DNA from: an uncultured Acidimicrobiia bacterium
Lineage (GTDB): Bacteria; Actinomycetota; Acidimicrobiia; Acidimicrobiales; AC-14
Reading direction: 5' to 3'
DNA: 64,000 bases
NCBI GenBank assembly: GCA_963836205.1
Contig: CAWIIV010000006.1
Location: 224,001 to 288,000 of the forward strand
This document shows positions 36,367 through 46,771 of the stretch, piece by piece; the first letter of the stretch is position 1, and every line of letters starts with the position of its first letter. The position numbers were made by a program, and so were the translations under genes. The notes under the pieces are model-generated. The model was not told the DNA's origin. It searched no databases and worked only from the letters and a program-made list of their open reading frames with translations.

Positions 36367-37386
36367 TCAGGCGGCGATCCCTCCGCCGAGAACCCGGTCG
36401 CCGTCGTAGAGGACGACGCTCTGGCCGGGCGCCACCCGCCGGTGGGGCTCGGCGAAGGCCACGGTCGAGCGGCCGTCGAAGGTGGCGGCCACCTGACGGC
36501 CGTGGGCGCTCGTCTGGGCCTCGACCTCGCCCGCGGGTGATGGATCGCCGACCCACGTGAGGTCGGTGAGCTCGACCTGGTCGGTGTCGAGGTCGGCGAT
36601 GGTGCCGGCCACGATCGTCGACGACACGGGGTCGACGGACAGGGCGTACCGGCGGTCGCCGCCGCCCGTGCCCAGTCCCCGGCGCTGGCCCACCGTCACC
36701 AGCTCGACCGCGTCGACCCGTCCGACGGCCGAGCCGTCCAGTCCGACGACCCGACCCGGGTGCAGTTCGATCCGGGGGGACAGGAACGCCTCCCGGCCGC
36801 CGGCGGTGGTGATGAAGCACACGTCCTGGCTGTCGGGCTTGTCCGCCGTCACCAGCCTCCGGGCCGACGCGTACGAGCGCACCTCGGCCTTGGTCAGATT
36901 TCCGACGGGGAACAGGCAGCGGGCCAGCTCCGCCTGGCCGAGCACATACAGAACATACGACTGGTCCTTGTCGGGGTCGGCGCCCCGGCGGAGGACCCCG
37001 ATGGGGTCGTTGCGGGCGTGGTGGCCGGTGGCGACGGCATCGAAGCCGAGGGCCTCCGCCCGCCGCAGGAGCCGTCCGAACTTCAGGTGGCGGTTGCACT
37101 CGATGCACGGGTTGGGCGTCCGCCCGGCGGCGTGGGCGGCCACGTAGGGGGCGACGACCAGGGCCTCGAACTCGTCGGTGAACGTCCACGCCACGTGATC
37201 GATGCCGAGCTGGTGGGCGACCCGGCGGGCATCGTCGATCTCCGCCTCCGAGCAGCAGCCGGCGTCGACGGCCGCGCCCGCCCACAGGCGAAGGGTCACA
37301 CCGGTGACGTCGTGGCCCTCGTCCACCAGGAGGGCGGCCGCCACCGACGAGTCGACCCCGCCCGACATGGCGGCCAGGACCTTCAT
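36367..37386 (-). CDS. mnmA: tRNA 2-thiouridylase
   Basis: AMSGGVDSS, TPNPCIECN, KDQSY, DSQDVCF, PGQ. Confidence 0.96.
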   Translation of the reverse strand: MKVLAAMSGGVDSSVAAALLVDEGHDVTGVTLRLWAGAAVDAGCCSEAEIDDARRVAHQLGIDHVAWTFTDEFEALVVAPYVAAHAAGRTPNPCIECNRHLKFGRLLRRAEALGFDAVATGHHARNDPIGVLRRGADPDKDQSYVLYVLGQAELARCLFPVGNLTKAEVRSYASARRLVTADKPDSQDVCFITTAGGREAFLSPRIELHPGRVVGLDGSAVGRVDAVELVTVGQRRGLGTGGGDRRYALSVDPVSSTIVAGTIADLDTDQVELTDLTWVGDPSPAGEVEAQTSAHGRQVAATFDGRSTVAFAEPHRRVAPGQSVVLYDGDRVLGGGIAA

Positions 37387-38510
37387 CGCCCCCCGTCCCG
37401 GAGGCGGGCCACCGCGGGCGGGATGACAGCCAGCGCGAGGTCGACGTCGGCCGCGGTGGTCTCTCGGCCCAGCGTGAGGCGCAGCGAGCCGAGGGCGCGG
37501 TCCCGGGGGACGCCCATGGCCGCCAGGACATGGGACGGCTCGACCGCACCGCTGGCACAGGCCGAGCCCGCCGAGGCATACACGCCGGCGCCGTCGAGGA
37601 GCATGAGGAGCGCCTCCGACTCGACGCCGGGAAAGGAGATGTGGCAGTTGCCGGCGACCTTTGTGTCGCGCCTGCCCGTCTCGTGCGAGTCCGGCACCGC
37701 CACCAGGAGTCCGTCGGCCAGGCGGTCGCGGAGGGCGCCGACCCGGACCACCACGTCGGCCCGCTCGGCCACGGTGGCCTGCATGGCCGCGGCCATGGCC
37801 ACGATGCCGGCCAGGTTGTGGGTGCCGCTGCGCCGGTCGCGCTCCTGTCCCCCGCCATGGAGGATGGGTGCGACCTTGATCGGCTGACGGACGACCAGGG
37901 CCCCGACGCCCTTCGGTCCCCCGAACTTGTGGGCGCTGACCGCGACCAGGTCGGCGACGCGGGCGACGTCGGCCACGTCGCTCCACGGAAAGGCGGCGAC
38001 GGCGTCGGTGTGCATGACGGCGCCGGGCGCGTGACGACGGACCGTGGCGGTGATCTCGGCCAGCGGCTGCACCGTGCCCACCTCGTTGTTGGCCAGCATC
38101 ACCGCCACGACGGTGACGTCGGCGTCGAGCAAGGCGGCCAGCCCGTCGAGGTCGACGACGCCGTCGGCGGTGACCGGCGCCAGCCGTCCTCCGAGGTCGG
38201 CGCAGGCGTTGAGGACGGCGTGGTGCTCGACCGCCGAGCAGACGACCGTCCCACCTCGCACCCGATGGATCCCGGCCACGGCGAGGTTGTCCGCCTCCGT
38301 CCCCCCACCGGTGAACACGATCTCCCCCGGCTCCGCCCCCAGGCAGGCGGCGACAACGTCCCGGGCCTCGTCGAGCGCCTTACGTGCCTCCCGCGCCACC
38401 GCGTGCGACCCCGACGGGTTGCCGAACCGGTCCCGCAGGAACGGAAGCATCGCCTCCACCGCCTCCACCCGCATGGCCGTGGTGGACGCGTTGTCGAGAT
38501 AGGCCGGCAT
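37383..38510 (-). CDS. iscS: Cysteine desulfurase
   Basis: YLDNASTT, GNPS, SAHKFGGPKG, GSACASG. Confidence 0.93.
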   Translation of the reverse strand: MPAYLDNASTTAMRVEAVEAMLPFLRDRFGNPSGSHAVAREARKALDEARDVVAACLGAEPGEIVFTGGGTEADNLAVAGIHRVRGGTVVCSAVEHHAVLNACADLGGRLAPVTADGVVDLDGLAALLDADVTVVAVMLANNEVGTVQPLAEITATVRRHAPGAVMHTDAVAAFPWSDVADVARVADLVAVSAHKFGGPKGVGALVVRQPIKVAPILHGGGQERDRRSGTHNLAGIVAMAAAMQATVAERADVVVRVGALRDRLADGLLVAVPDSHETGRRDTKVAGNCHISFPGVESEALLMLLDGAGVYASAGSACASGAVEPSHVLAAMGVPRDRALGSLRLTLGRETTAADVDLALAVIPPAVARLRDGGR

Positions 38511-38636
38511 AGCAACCAGGCTACGCAGGTCGAAGAGGGAGACGTCCGACGCTCCCGCCGCCCGTCCGTCCAGAAAGAGTCCACCACTGGTTGCGCTTCG
38601 TCAACCAGCTGTTCCAGTCGGAAGGACGGAATGGCC

Positions 38637-39248
38637 TCATGCCAGATCGACGAAGGTTACGCCCGTCCCTCCAGCCGCCCGAAGGAACGCCAACACTTCC
38701 TCGGCCGTGGCCGGCACGATCCCGTCGGCGGTCTGGTGGCTTGGCGGAGGAAGGCCTCGCTGGCCTGGAAGCCCATCCCGCAGGCGAGCCCGAGGAGGAT
38801 CCAGTCGACCGCCGCGAAACGCCTGATCCGACCCGGGGCGAGGACACCGAGAAGGGCCAGCGGCGCCAACTTGAGAGTCTCCTCGACCATGGCGGCAATC
38901 CCGATCGACGGGCTCCCGGCGAGCTTCATCGAGACGGCACCGATCACGAGCGGCCCACAGCGCACTGATCGAGAACAGCCGGAGGACAGACACCCACCGC
39001 ACGGTCTTGGTCGGCGTCACCGCCAGCCACCCGAGCAGGATCGCCACACAGGGCAGCCACACGTGGACGCCCCGTCCGAATCCGTCGACGGAGGCGGACG
39101 CGATCACCACCGCAACCACGGCGACGACGTCGGCGACGACGAACCTCTTCAGCCGGCCCGGCTCACGCCCCAGCCACACAGCCAAAGGTCGCGCAGCCGC
39201 TCCCACCACTCGTGGTCCGCCACGACTGCCACGCCACAGGGTAGGCAT
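38637..39248 (-). pseudogene. Frameshifted, truncated PrsW-family intramembrane protease fragment
   Basis: TM segments then VEETLK and GMGFQASE in a second frame; later His motifs absent. Confidence 0.6.
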
Positions 39249-39313
39249 GCGGTGGTATTCCGCGCCACAACATCACCTTTTGCAGTTGCTCAACCCCGGG
39301 GCGCGCGCAGCTG

Positions 39314-40288
39314 TCAGCCGAGGGGGGCGAAGCCGCCGCCGTCAGCGGGGGGCACCGGTTCCGGCGCTACCGGCGGACGCCCGGGCTCCGCCACGGACGG
39401 CTGGCCGTCCTCTGTCGGTGCCGGAGCCCGCCACGATGTCGGCTCCGCATCCGGGGCCCGGACCGGGGCCTCCAGAGCTGGCCGCACGGGCGGCGATTGC
39501 GGTGGAACCGCCGGGGCCGATGGCGACCGGGGCGTCGGCGGCCGAGGGGCCGTTCGTAGTTGATAGACCGCGGCCACGCAGATCAACCACCAGGCGGGGT
39601 GGACGCCCGCAGGCGGCATGGGCCGGACCAGGGACGACAACGGGTCGGCCAAGCCGACGGACAGTTGGTAGCGCACCTTGTAGTCCAACCCCGGCGCCCG
39701 CAGGAGGAAGGCCCGCACCGCCCGGTAGTCGTCGGCCGTCATCCCGCTCACGTCGAGACTGGCGGCGTAGGACTCCAGCCCCGCCGGCACCGAGAACTCG
39801 GCCGCCTGGGGCGGTGGCAGGCCGGTGCGCTCCCGCAGGACCATGGTGCCCGCCACCAGGTCGCCCAGCCGTTGGTTGTTCTTCGTGGCCAGCACCGAGA
39901 TCACCGCCGCCGCGCCCGACGTGAGGAAGAAGTCGACCATCCCCAGCGCGGCCCGGATCGCGGCGTGGCGGAAGCGCACCGGCGCCCCCTCGACGGTCAC
40001 CACCCGCAGCCCCATCGCCGCCTTGCCGAGGGTCCGCCCCCGCCAGAGCGTCTCCATGGCGATCGGGTACCCGAAGATCAGGGCGAAGGCGAGGAGGAAG
40101 AAGAGGGCGATCCCGACGCCGCTGAAGTCGGCGGCCGACAGGCCGATGCCGATCAGGAGCAGGGCGAAGCCCAGCAGCGACTGCACCACCCAGTCGATGA
40201 GGAGGGCGACGAACCGCGACCCGACGCCGGCCGGCTGGAGGTCGAGCGGCACCGCCTCCGGTGTGACCACCGCCGGCGTTTCCATCAC
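39314..40288 (-). CDS. RDD family protein
   Basis: TPEAV, RFVALLID, GRTLGK, QRLGDLVAGT. Confidence 0.9.
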   Translation of the reverse strand: MMETPAVVTPEAVPLDLQPAGVGSRFVALLIDWVVQSLLGFALLLIGIGLSAADFSGVGIALFFLLAFALIFGYPIAMETLWRGRTLGKAAMGLRVVTVEGAPVRFRHAAIRAALGMVDFFLTSGAAAVISVLATKNNQRLGDLVAGTMVLRERTGLPPPQAAEFSVPAGLESYAASLDVSGMTADDYRAVRAFLLRAPGLDYKVRYQLSVGLADPLSSLVRPMPPAGVHPAWWLICVAAVYQLRTAPRPPTPRSPSAPAVPPQSPPVRPALEAPVRAPDAEPTSWRAPAPTEDGQPSVAEPGRPPVAPEPVPPADGGGFAPLG

Positions 40289-40308
40289 GACGTACGGTAC
40301 AGACAGCG

Positions 40309-41286
40309 GTGGACGTCGACTCCTACATTCGCACCAACCAGCCGGTCTGGACCCGGCTCGACGAGCTCACCGCCCGCGCCAGCCGCGGCGTCGGCCGGCT
40401 GTCGGCCGCCGAGCTCGACGAGCTGGTCAAGCTCTACCTGCGGGTCTCCACCCACCTGTCCTACGCCCGCACCTACTACCGCGACCCCTCCCTCACCGCA
40501 TCCCTCACCGGTCGGGTGGCCCGGTCGAACGCGGTCGTCTACGGCACCCGGTCCCGCACCCTGCGGGCGGTCGGCCGGTTCTTCGCGGTGAGCTTCCCCG
40601 CCGCCCTGTGGCACATCCGCCACTTCGTGCTGGTCAGCGTCGCCCTGCTCTTCGTCCCCGCCCTCGCCTTCGGCATCTGGGTCGCCAACTCGCCCGCCGC
40701 CCTGGAGGCCACCGGCCCCGCCGCCGTCCGGGAGGCCTATGTCCAGGAGGACTTCGAGGACTATTACTCGTCGGCCTCCGCCGCCGCCTTCGCCTCCCAG
40801 GTCTTCACCAACAACGTGCGGGTGGCGATCCTGGCCTTCGCCGGCGGCATCGCGTTCTGCCTGCTCACCGCGGCCATCCTCATCTACAACGGGGCCAGCC
40901 TGGGCGTCGCCGCGGGGCTGTTCGCCGCCGTCGGCCAGTCGCCCAAGTTCTGGGGGCTGATCCTCCCCCACGGGCTGCTGGAGCTGACCGCGGTCTGCGT
41001 CGCCGGGGGCGCCGGCCTGTGCCTGGGCTGGACGCTCATCGACCCCGGCGACCGCCCTCGCGCCGCCGCCCTGGCCGAGGAGGGCCGCCGGGCCATGCTC
41101 ATCGTCGTCGGACTGGTGGTGGTCTTCGGCGTGGCCGGCACGATCGAGGGCTTCGTGACCGGCAGTGGCCTGCCCACGACCGTCCGGGTGGGAATCGGGG
41201 TCGTCGCCGAGGTCGCCTTCCTCCTGTACTTCGTGGGCCAGGGGCGAGCCGTCTACAGCCGGCCGGTGGCCTTGACCTTGAGGTAG
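40309..41286 (+). CDS. SpoIIM-family (DUF95) membrane protein
   Basis: FTNNVRVA, ILPHGLLELT, IEGFVT. Confidence 0.9.
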   Translation: MDVDSYIRTNQPVWTRLDELTARASRGVGRLSAAELDELVKLYLRVSTHLSYARTYYRDPSLTASLTGRVARSNAVVYGTRSRTLRAVGRFFAVSFPAALWHIRHFVLVSVALLFVPALAFGIWVANSPAALEATGPAAVREAYVQEDFEDYYSSASAAAFASQVFTNNVRVAILAFAGGIAFCLLTAAILIYNGASLGVAAGLFAAVGQSPKFWGLILPHGLLELTAVCVAGGAGLCLGWTLIDPGDRPRAAALAEEGRRAMLIVVGLVVVFGVAGTIEGFVTGSGLPTTVRVGIGVVAEVAFLLYFVGQGRAVYSRPVALTLR

Positions 41287-42562
41287 GCGTCGGCCAGGAG
41301 GGGGGCGAGGCGGCCGGGCTCGGCGTCGACGACGGTGGCCCCCATGCCCCGGAGGAGGGCGACCGTGCGCGCCCGGTCGGTGCGGGCCGCCACCGCCGCC
41401 GCCTTGCGGTAGGTGGAGGATGCGTCGGGGGGAACGGCCCCGGCCCACTCGGCCACGTCGGGGTCGGCCACGCTGGCCACGATCACCAGGTGGTGGCGGC
41501 TGAGAAGGGGGAGGACGGGCAGCACCGTCTCCGTCACCGCCTGCTCGGCCAGCTCGGTGAACAGGACCAGCAACGATCGCCGGCGGAAGCGGCCCAGGGT
41601 CGACGCGAACGCGCCCCGGTAGTCGCTCTCCACCAGCTGCGGCTCGAGGGCGTACATGGCCTCGGTGACCCGTCCGAGCTGATCCCGGCCGGCCCGGGGG
41701 GGACGATCGCCCGCACCACCTGGTCGAAGGCCACCAGCCCTACCTTGTCGCCCAGCCGGGAGGCAACTGCCGTCAGCATCATCACCGCGTCCATGGCGTG
41801 GTCGAGGCGGGGGACGTCGGCCACCCGGCCCGCCATCATCCGTCCGCTGTCGAGCAGGAGGAGGACGGTCTGGTTGCGCTCGGCCCGGTACGTGCGCACG
41901 ATCGGCCGGCCGACCCGGGCGGTGGCGGCCCAGTCCACCCGCCGGAACTCGTCGTCGACCGTGTACTCCCGGAGCTGGTCGAACTCGGTGCCGCCCCCCC
42001 GCCCGGGTGCCGACCGCAGGCCGATCTCGAGGATGCGGGCCCGGTCGATGCGCAGCTCCGCCTCCTCCCGCGACCGGAACGGCGGGTACACCCGCAAGAT
42101 GCCCGGCACCCGGAGCCGACCCTGCCGGGCGGCCAGCCGCCAGGGTCCCTCGACCCGCACCACGATCTCGGTGGGCGTGAACTTCCCCCGCCGCCGGGGC
42201 CGGATGGCGGTGCGGGCGGTGGCCCGTCCCCCCGGAGGCACCACGATGCGGGCCCGGCGGGAGGTCGCGCCCAACGATGGCGACAGCTCGTCGGCCAGGG
42301 TGAGGCGCAGGAGGCGATCAGAGGCCGGGTTGCGCACCGTCCATCGCACCTCGGCCTCCCCCCCGAGGGGGACGACCCCCGGCAGGTTTCGTTCGACCGG
42401 GATGGTCGCCGGCCTCGGCGCCCGGGCCCAGTCGACGACGGCCGCCGCCAACAGGGCCACGTCCACCACCCACAGCGCCGCCGCCGGCCACGGCGACGCC
42501 AAAACCACCAGCGACGCCACCGCCGCCGCCGCCACCAGCCGGGCCGTGGGAACGGGCATCAC
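41253..42562 (-). CDS. DUF58 (VWA-like) protein; frameshift near 41690-41700
   Basis: GTEFDQLREY, DWAATAR, LLDSGR; C-terminus YLKVKATGRL in another frame next to a G run. Confidence 0.85.
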
Positions 42563-42567
42563 GCCAT

Positions 42568-42710
42568 CGAACTGGTGACGGATTTGGTGGCTCTGGCAAC
42601 CAAAACCGTCACCGGTTCGCCACGGCCGGCAGTGCGCCTCACCGCGGCATCACGACGTCGAACCGGTGACGGAAAAGGGGGCCCTGACGCCCGGAACTGT
42701 CACCGGTTCG
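42568..42710. repeat. Two copies of the 52-bp palindromic element (42568-42619, 42659-42710)
   Basis: CGAAC(T/C)GGTGAC-N28-GTCACCGGTTCG. Confidence 0.9.
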
Positions 42711-42734
42711 AGCGCAGGCGGCGGGCAGTGGCCC

Positions 42735-43688
42735 TCACCGCGGAACGGGCACCGCGGCCAGGACGCCGTCGAGGACGCCGTCGGCGGTGACGCCCTCCAG
42801 CTCCACCTCAGGCCGCAACGAGATGCGGTGCCGCAACGCCGGCTTCGCCACCGCCTTGACCTCGTCGGGGGTGACGAACGACTTCCCGGCCAGGAACGCC
42901 CACGCCTTGGCCGCGGCCAGCAACATCACCGCGCCCCGGGGCGACGCGCCCAGGGCCAGCGACGGCGACTCCCGGGTCGCCCGCACGATGGCGACGATGT
43001 AGGCCTGGACCTTGTCCTCCACCGCCACCAGTCCCACCGCCCGGCGGGCGGCAGCCAGGTCGGCCACGCCGGCCACCGGCGAGATCCCCAGGGTGGCGAC
43101 GTCGTGGGGGTTCATCCCTGCGTGGTGGCGGGCGACGACCGCCTGCTCCTGCTCGGCGGTGGGATAGGGCACCGACAGCTTGAGCATGAAGCGGTCGAGC
43201 TGGGCCTCGGGCAGGGGGTACGTGCCCTCGTATTCCACCGGGTTCTGGGTGGCCACCACCACGAACGGGTCGGGCAGGGGCCGGGTGTCGCCCGCCACCG
43301 TCACCTGCCGCTCCTCCATGGCCTCCAGCAGCGACGCCTGGGTCTTGGGTGGGGTGCGGTTGATCTCGTCGGCCAGCAGGAGGTTGGTGAACACCGGCCC
43401 CGGTCGGAACCGGAAGTCCCGTCCCTCGAGGATCACCTGGCCGGTGACGTCGGACGGCATGAGGTCGGGGGTGAACTGCACCCGCTTGAAGTCGAGGTCG
43501 AGCGACGCCGCCAGCACCTTGACCAGCAGCGTCTTGGCCACGCCCGGCACCCCCTCCAGCAGGACGTGGCCCCGCACCAGGAGGGCGACGACCAGGCCGG
43601 TGAGCACCGCGTCCTGGCCGACGACGACCTTGGCCACCTCCTCCCGGATGCGCAGCACGGCCGCCCGGGGGTCGTTCGCGTCAGCCAA
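42735..43688 (-). CDS. moxR: MoxR-family AAA+ ATPase
   Basis: GVPGVAKT, FTPDLMPSD, DEINR, ATQNP; TTG start after GAGGAGG. Confidence 0.95.
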   Translation of the reverse strand: MADANDPRAAVLRIREEVAKVVVGQDAVLTGLVVALLVRGHVLLEGVPGVAKTLLVKVLAASLDLDFKRVQFTPDLMPSDVTGQVILEGRDFRFRPGPVFTNLLLADEINRTPPKTQASLLEAMEERQVTVAGDTRPLPDPFVVVATQNPVEYEGTYPLPEAQLDRFMLKLSVPYPTAEQEQAVVARHHAGMNPHDVATLGISPVAGVADLAAARRAVGLVAVEDKVQAYIVAIVRATRESPSLALGASPRGAVMLLAAAKAWAFLAGKSFVTPDEVKAVAKPALRHRISLRPEVELEGVTADGVLDGVLAAVPVPR

Positions 43689-44817
43689 CCGGTCCTCCTC
43701 CTCGGACCCGGCGGCGGATGGACTCCACCGAGTGCGCCAGGGCCACCAGGCCATCCTCGTTCGCCGGGCGTCCCCCCGCCAGCACGCCCAGCACCTCGTC
43801 CGCGGTCAGGTCGCCGAATGCGCCGGGCGAGGCCGACGCCGCCAGCGCGCCCGCCACCACCTCGGCCGGGGTGGCCGGCGGCAACCCGAGGCGCTCGGCC
43901 AGCCACCGGCGCAGGTCGTCTCGCAGCACCGACGCCGCCTGCTCCCGGCCCTTGGCCCGCTGGAGCAGCTCCCCCACCGCCACCACCAGCTCCGATCCCG
44001 CCAGCGGCACCGGCTGGGGTTCGAGCACGGGGCGACCCAGGCGGCGCGCCCGCCACAGCACGAGCACCCCGAAGGCCACTGCCAGCTGCAGCACGGCCAG
44101 CTCCCAGCGCCGGGCCACCAGGTCGAGCAGGCCCTTCTCACCTTCGCCCGGTGCCGGCGGGCGCAGCACGACAACCCGCTCCGACGTCGTCGGCGCCAGC
44201 AGGGTCACCGCCAGCAGGCCGTTGTCGGCGTCGCCGAGGTTGGCGTTGACCAGGAAGCCGGCCCCCCCGACCGCCACCACGGTGCCGTCGCCGATGGGGA
44301 CGACGACCAACCAGGCCTCGTCGTCGGAACCGGCCCGGAAGCACCCGGTAGCCCCGTCCGGCACCGCCTGGAGGATCGCCCCGGGGACGTCGACCCGCTG
44401 CACCTGGCGCAGGGCGGGCACGGTGCAGTCCCGCCGCAGCTCGGGTTCGAGGAACACGAATTCGGCTCCTCGGACGGGCACCACCGGGCTCAGGGGCGAG
44501 GACACGTCGGTCACGACGAGCGTTCCGCCGGCCGCCACCCACGCCGCGACCTGTTCCCGGGTCGCGTCGTCGAGGCCGTCGTCCAACAGCAGGGCGGTGG
44601 TGGCCGACGGCCCCGGTGCCTCCGACTGCACCGACACGTCCGCCCCCAGCAGGCGGAGGGTGTCGACCAGGGCCTTGGTGCCGGTCGGACCGGTCGACGA
44701 CGGGTCGAGCGGGGGACCCTCGGCGGGCGGGGCGCCGCCGACCAGGGCCACCGCCACGATGGCCGCCACCACCGCCACCCACGGCCACCACACCCGGAGT
44801 CGGTCCCGGGTGATCAC
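43681..44817 (-). CDS. DUF4350 domain membrane protein
   Basis: LDPSSTGPTGTKAL, N..L..ADN, RRLG; cluster context. Confidence 0.8.
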   Translation of the reverse strand: MITRDRLRVWWPWVAVVAAIVAVALVGGAPPAEGPPLDPSSTGPTGTKALVDTLRLLGADVSVQSEAPGPSATTALLLDDGLDDATREQVAAWVAAGGTLVVTDVSSPLSPVVPVRGAEFVFLEPELRRDCTVPALRQVQRVDVPGAILQAVPDGATGCFRAGSDDEAWLVVVPIGDGTVVAVGGAGFLVNANLGDADNGLLAVTLLAPTTSERVVVLRPPAPGEGEKGLLDLVARRWELAVLQLAVAFGVLVLWRARRLGRPVLEPQPVPLAGSELVVAVGELLQRAKGREQAASVLRDDLRRWLAERLGLPPATPAEVVAGALAASASPGAFGDLTADEVLGVLAGGRPANEDGLVALAHSVESIRRRVRGGGPVG

Positions 44818-45461
44818 CGGCCCACCCCCGACAGAACCTCGTCGGCCAGGCCCCGGAACCGCACCGTCTCGTCCTCACCGGTGGGCCGTTCGCCGTACCA
44901 GGCCCGCTCGAACAGCTCGGTGGCGCCGGCGAAGGGGGCGGCAACGGCGGGCGCCGCCCCCGCCATCTCGACCCGGTACTCCCCCGCGGTGCGGCCCGCC
45001 ACCTCCTCCACCAGGCCCCGGTCGGCCAGCTCCGCCACCAGCGCCCGGTAGCGGCAGCGCAGGGCCTGGCGCCATTGGCCGGCCCGCTCGGCGGCCTCGG
45101 CGTCGGCCCGCCACTCGGCCGCCCCCCGTCTGGGCGTGGCCACCGAGTCCACCCCTCGCCCCGGGTCCCGGGTGACGCCCCGGCCGAAGCGGATGGCGAC
45201 CACCACGATGGCGAGCACGGCCACCGCCAGGATGGCCCAGGCGACGACCGTCCCCCGGCCGCCGCCGAGCAGGGCGCCGAGGATCCGCTCGACGAAGTCG
45301 ATGACTGCGTCCCGGAGCCGTTGGACGAGCCCGGGCTCCGGGCGCTGGTACTCGGCCCGGGAGAGCACCTCGCCGATGGCGTCGCGCACCGCCTCCGGCG
45401 AACGTTCCGGAGGGGGCAGGTCGGCCACCAGCCGGGCCGCCCAGCTAGCGGCTGGACTCAC
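44814..45461 (-). CDS. DUF4129 domain protein
   Basis: A..RYRALV, RTAGE, FERAWYG. Confidence 0.8.
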   Translation of the reverse strand: MSPAASWAARLVADLPPPERSPEAVRDAIGEVLSRAEYQRPEPGLVQRLRDAVIDFVERILGALLGGGRGTVVAWAILAVAVLAIVVVAIRFGRGVTRDPGRGVDSVATPRRGAAEWRADAEAAERAGQWRQALRCRYRALVAELADRGLVEEVAGRTAGEYRVEMAGAAPAVAAPFAGATELFERAWYGERPTGEDETVRFRGLADEVLSGVGR

Positions 45462-46470
45462 CGCGGGCCAGGTCGCCGGCCATGATCTGCAGGTCGAGCC
45501 CCTCCTGGCGGATGCGGGCGTCGTAGTAGACGAGGGTGGCGATGATGGCCACCAGCGGCGTGCCCACCAGTCCGCTCAGGACGCCGCCGGCGGCCAGCAG
45601 CACCCATCCCCAGCGCAGCCCCACGACCAGGGCCAGCGTCTCGGGAATGACGCTCAGCGCCGACCCCACCGCGCTGGCCAGGAGCCCGGACAGCAGGGCG
45701 ACGCCGAGGACGGGGAACAGGCGGGGCCGCACCAGCCGGAACGACCGCTTCATGGCCCGGATGGGGCCCAGTCCCTCCACCGCGATGGCGGGCGCCACCG
45801 GGACGAAGAGGGCCATCACCACCAGCCCGGGGAAGACGCACAGGACGAGGCCCACCCCCTCCAGCAGGTGGACCAGGATCCAGGCCACGATGAACGCCCA
45901 CCAGCGGGCCCGCACCGCCCGGAGGGCCTGGCCGGCCGTCATCCGCTCCCCCAGGTAGGCGGCGGACACGATTCGGCTCACGGCCCCGGCCACGAACGGC
46001 AGGACCAGGATCGTGGCTGCCAACGCCACCAGCGCGGCCCACCCGGGGGTGCTGCTCGAGTTGAGGGCGTCCTCGGCCGTCGACGGGTCGCTGAACAGGC
46101 TGAGCAGGCCGGTGCCGCCCAGGTAGTCCCGTTGCAGGTAGGCGGCCACGATCTGGACGGGGACGACGAAGGCGGCCGTGACCAGGACGATCGACCGGGC
46201 CTCGGCCTTGAACAGCTTGAACGCCCCGTCGAGGATGTCGGACAGGGTCATCGGGTGCAGCGGAAGCGGCCCGGTGCGGGCACTTCCGCCCTTGGGTTGG
46301 GTCGAGTACCCCCCGTATGCCCCCGGGGGCGGCGGCATCGAGCCGGAGGCGCCCGCCGCCGGGTCCCAACCGGGCCATCCGCCACCGTCAGTGCCGGCAC
46401 CGGCGCCCGCCGCGCCCTCGCCGCCGACGGGCGGTTCCATCGGTGCCCACTCCGGCCGGTCGTCCGCCAC
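45445..46470 (-). CDS. Membrane protein of MoxR cluster (GDPD-membrane-domain-like)
   Basis: PLHPMTLSDILDGAF, YYDARIRQEGLDL. Confidence 0.8.
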   Translation of the reverse strand: MADDRPEWAPMEPPVGGEGAAGAGAGTDGGGWPGWDPAAGASGSMPPPPGAYGGYSTQPKGGSARTGPLPLHPMTLSDILDGAFKLFKAEARSIVLVTAAFVVPVQIVAAYLQRDYLGGTGLLSLFSDPSTAEDALNSSSTPGWAALVALAATILVLPFVAGAVSRIVSAAYLGERMTAGQALRAVRARWWAFIVAWILVHLLEGVGLVLCVFPGLVVMALFVPVAPAIAVEGLGPIRAMKRSFRLVRPRLFPVLGVALLSGLLASAVGSALSVIPETLALVVGLRWGWVLLAAGGVLSGLVGTPLVAIIATLVYYDARIRQEGLDLQIMAGDLARGESSR

Positions 46471-46496
46471 GGCGGTCAGGCTATGTGACAGGACCC

Positions 46497-46524
46497 GTCA
46501 TACGACATAGCATCGGTGTATGAC
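46497..46524 (+). promoter_or_regulatory. TA promoter with flanking inverted-repeat operator
   Basis: GTCATAC-N14-GTATGAC enclosing TAGCAT 6 nt before ATG. Confidence 0.7.
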
Positions 46525-46771
46525 AATGCTGAGCTTCCGAGTCGACGCCGAAGCGGCGGCGCAGGTCCAGGTATGGGCGGATCGCCTGGGCGTCGACCGG
46601 TCGGAGCTGCTGCGCGACGCCCTCCGGCGCCACATCCTTCGCCTGGCCGGCGAGACCGATGCCCAGACCTGGCACGACCTCCCCCTCGACGAGGGCGAGC
46701 GGTCGCTGGCGGAGATCGCGGACTGGGGGCCGGCCGAGGACTGGTCCGACTGGGCCGATGCCGCGGGGTGA
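46520..46771 (+). CDS. mazE: RHH antitoxin, MazE2-like
   Basis: MLSFR..RSELLRDALRRH..DWGPAEDW. Confidence 0.85.
   Translation: MTMLSFRVDAEAAAQVQVWADRLGVDRSELLRDALRRHILRLAGETDAQTWHDLPLDEGERSLAEIADWGPAEDWSDWADAAG

Noticed and set aside
42568-42710. Integron attC sites (AAC...GTT ends)
   Set aside because: RYYYAAC/GTTRRRY poorly matched, no cassette organisation and no integrase; IntegronFinder could confirm
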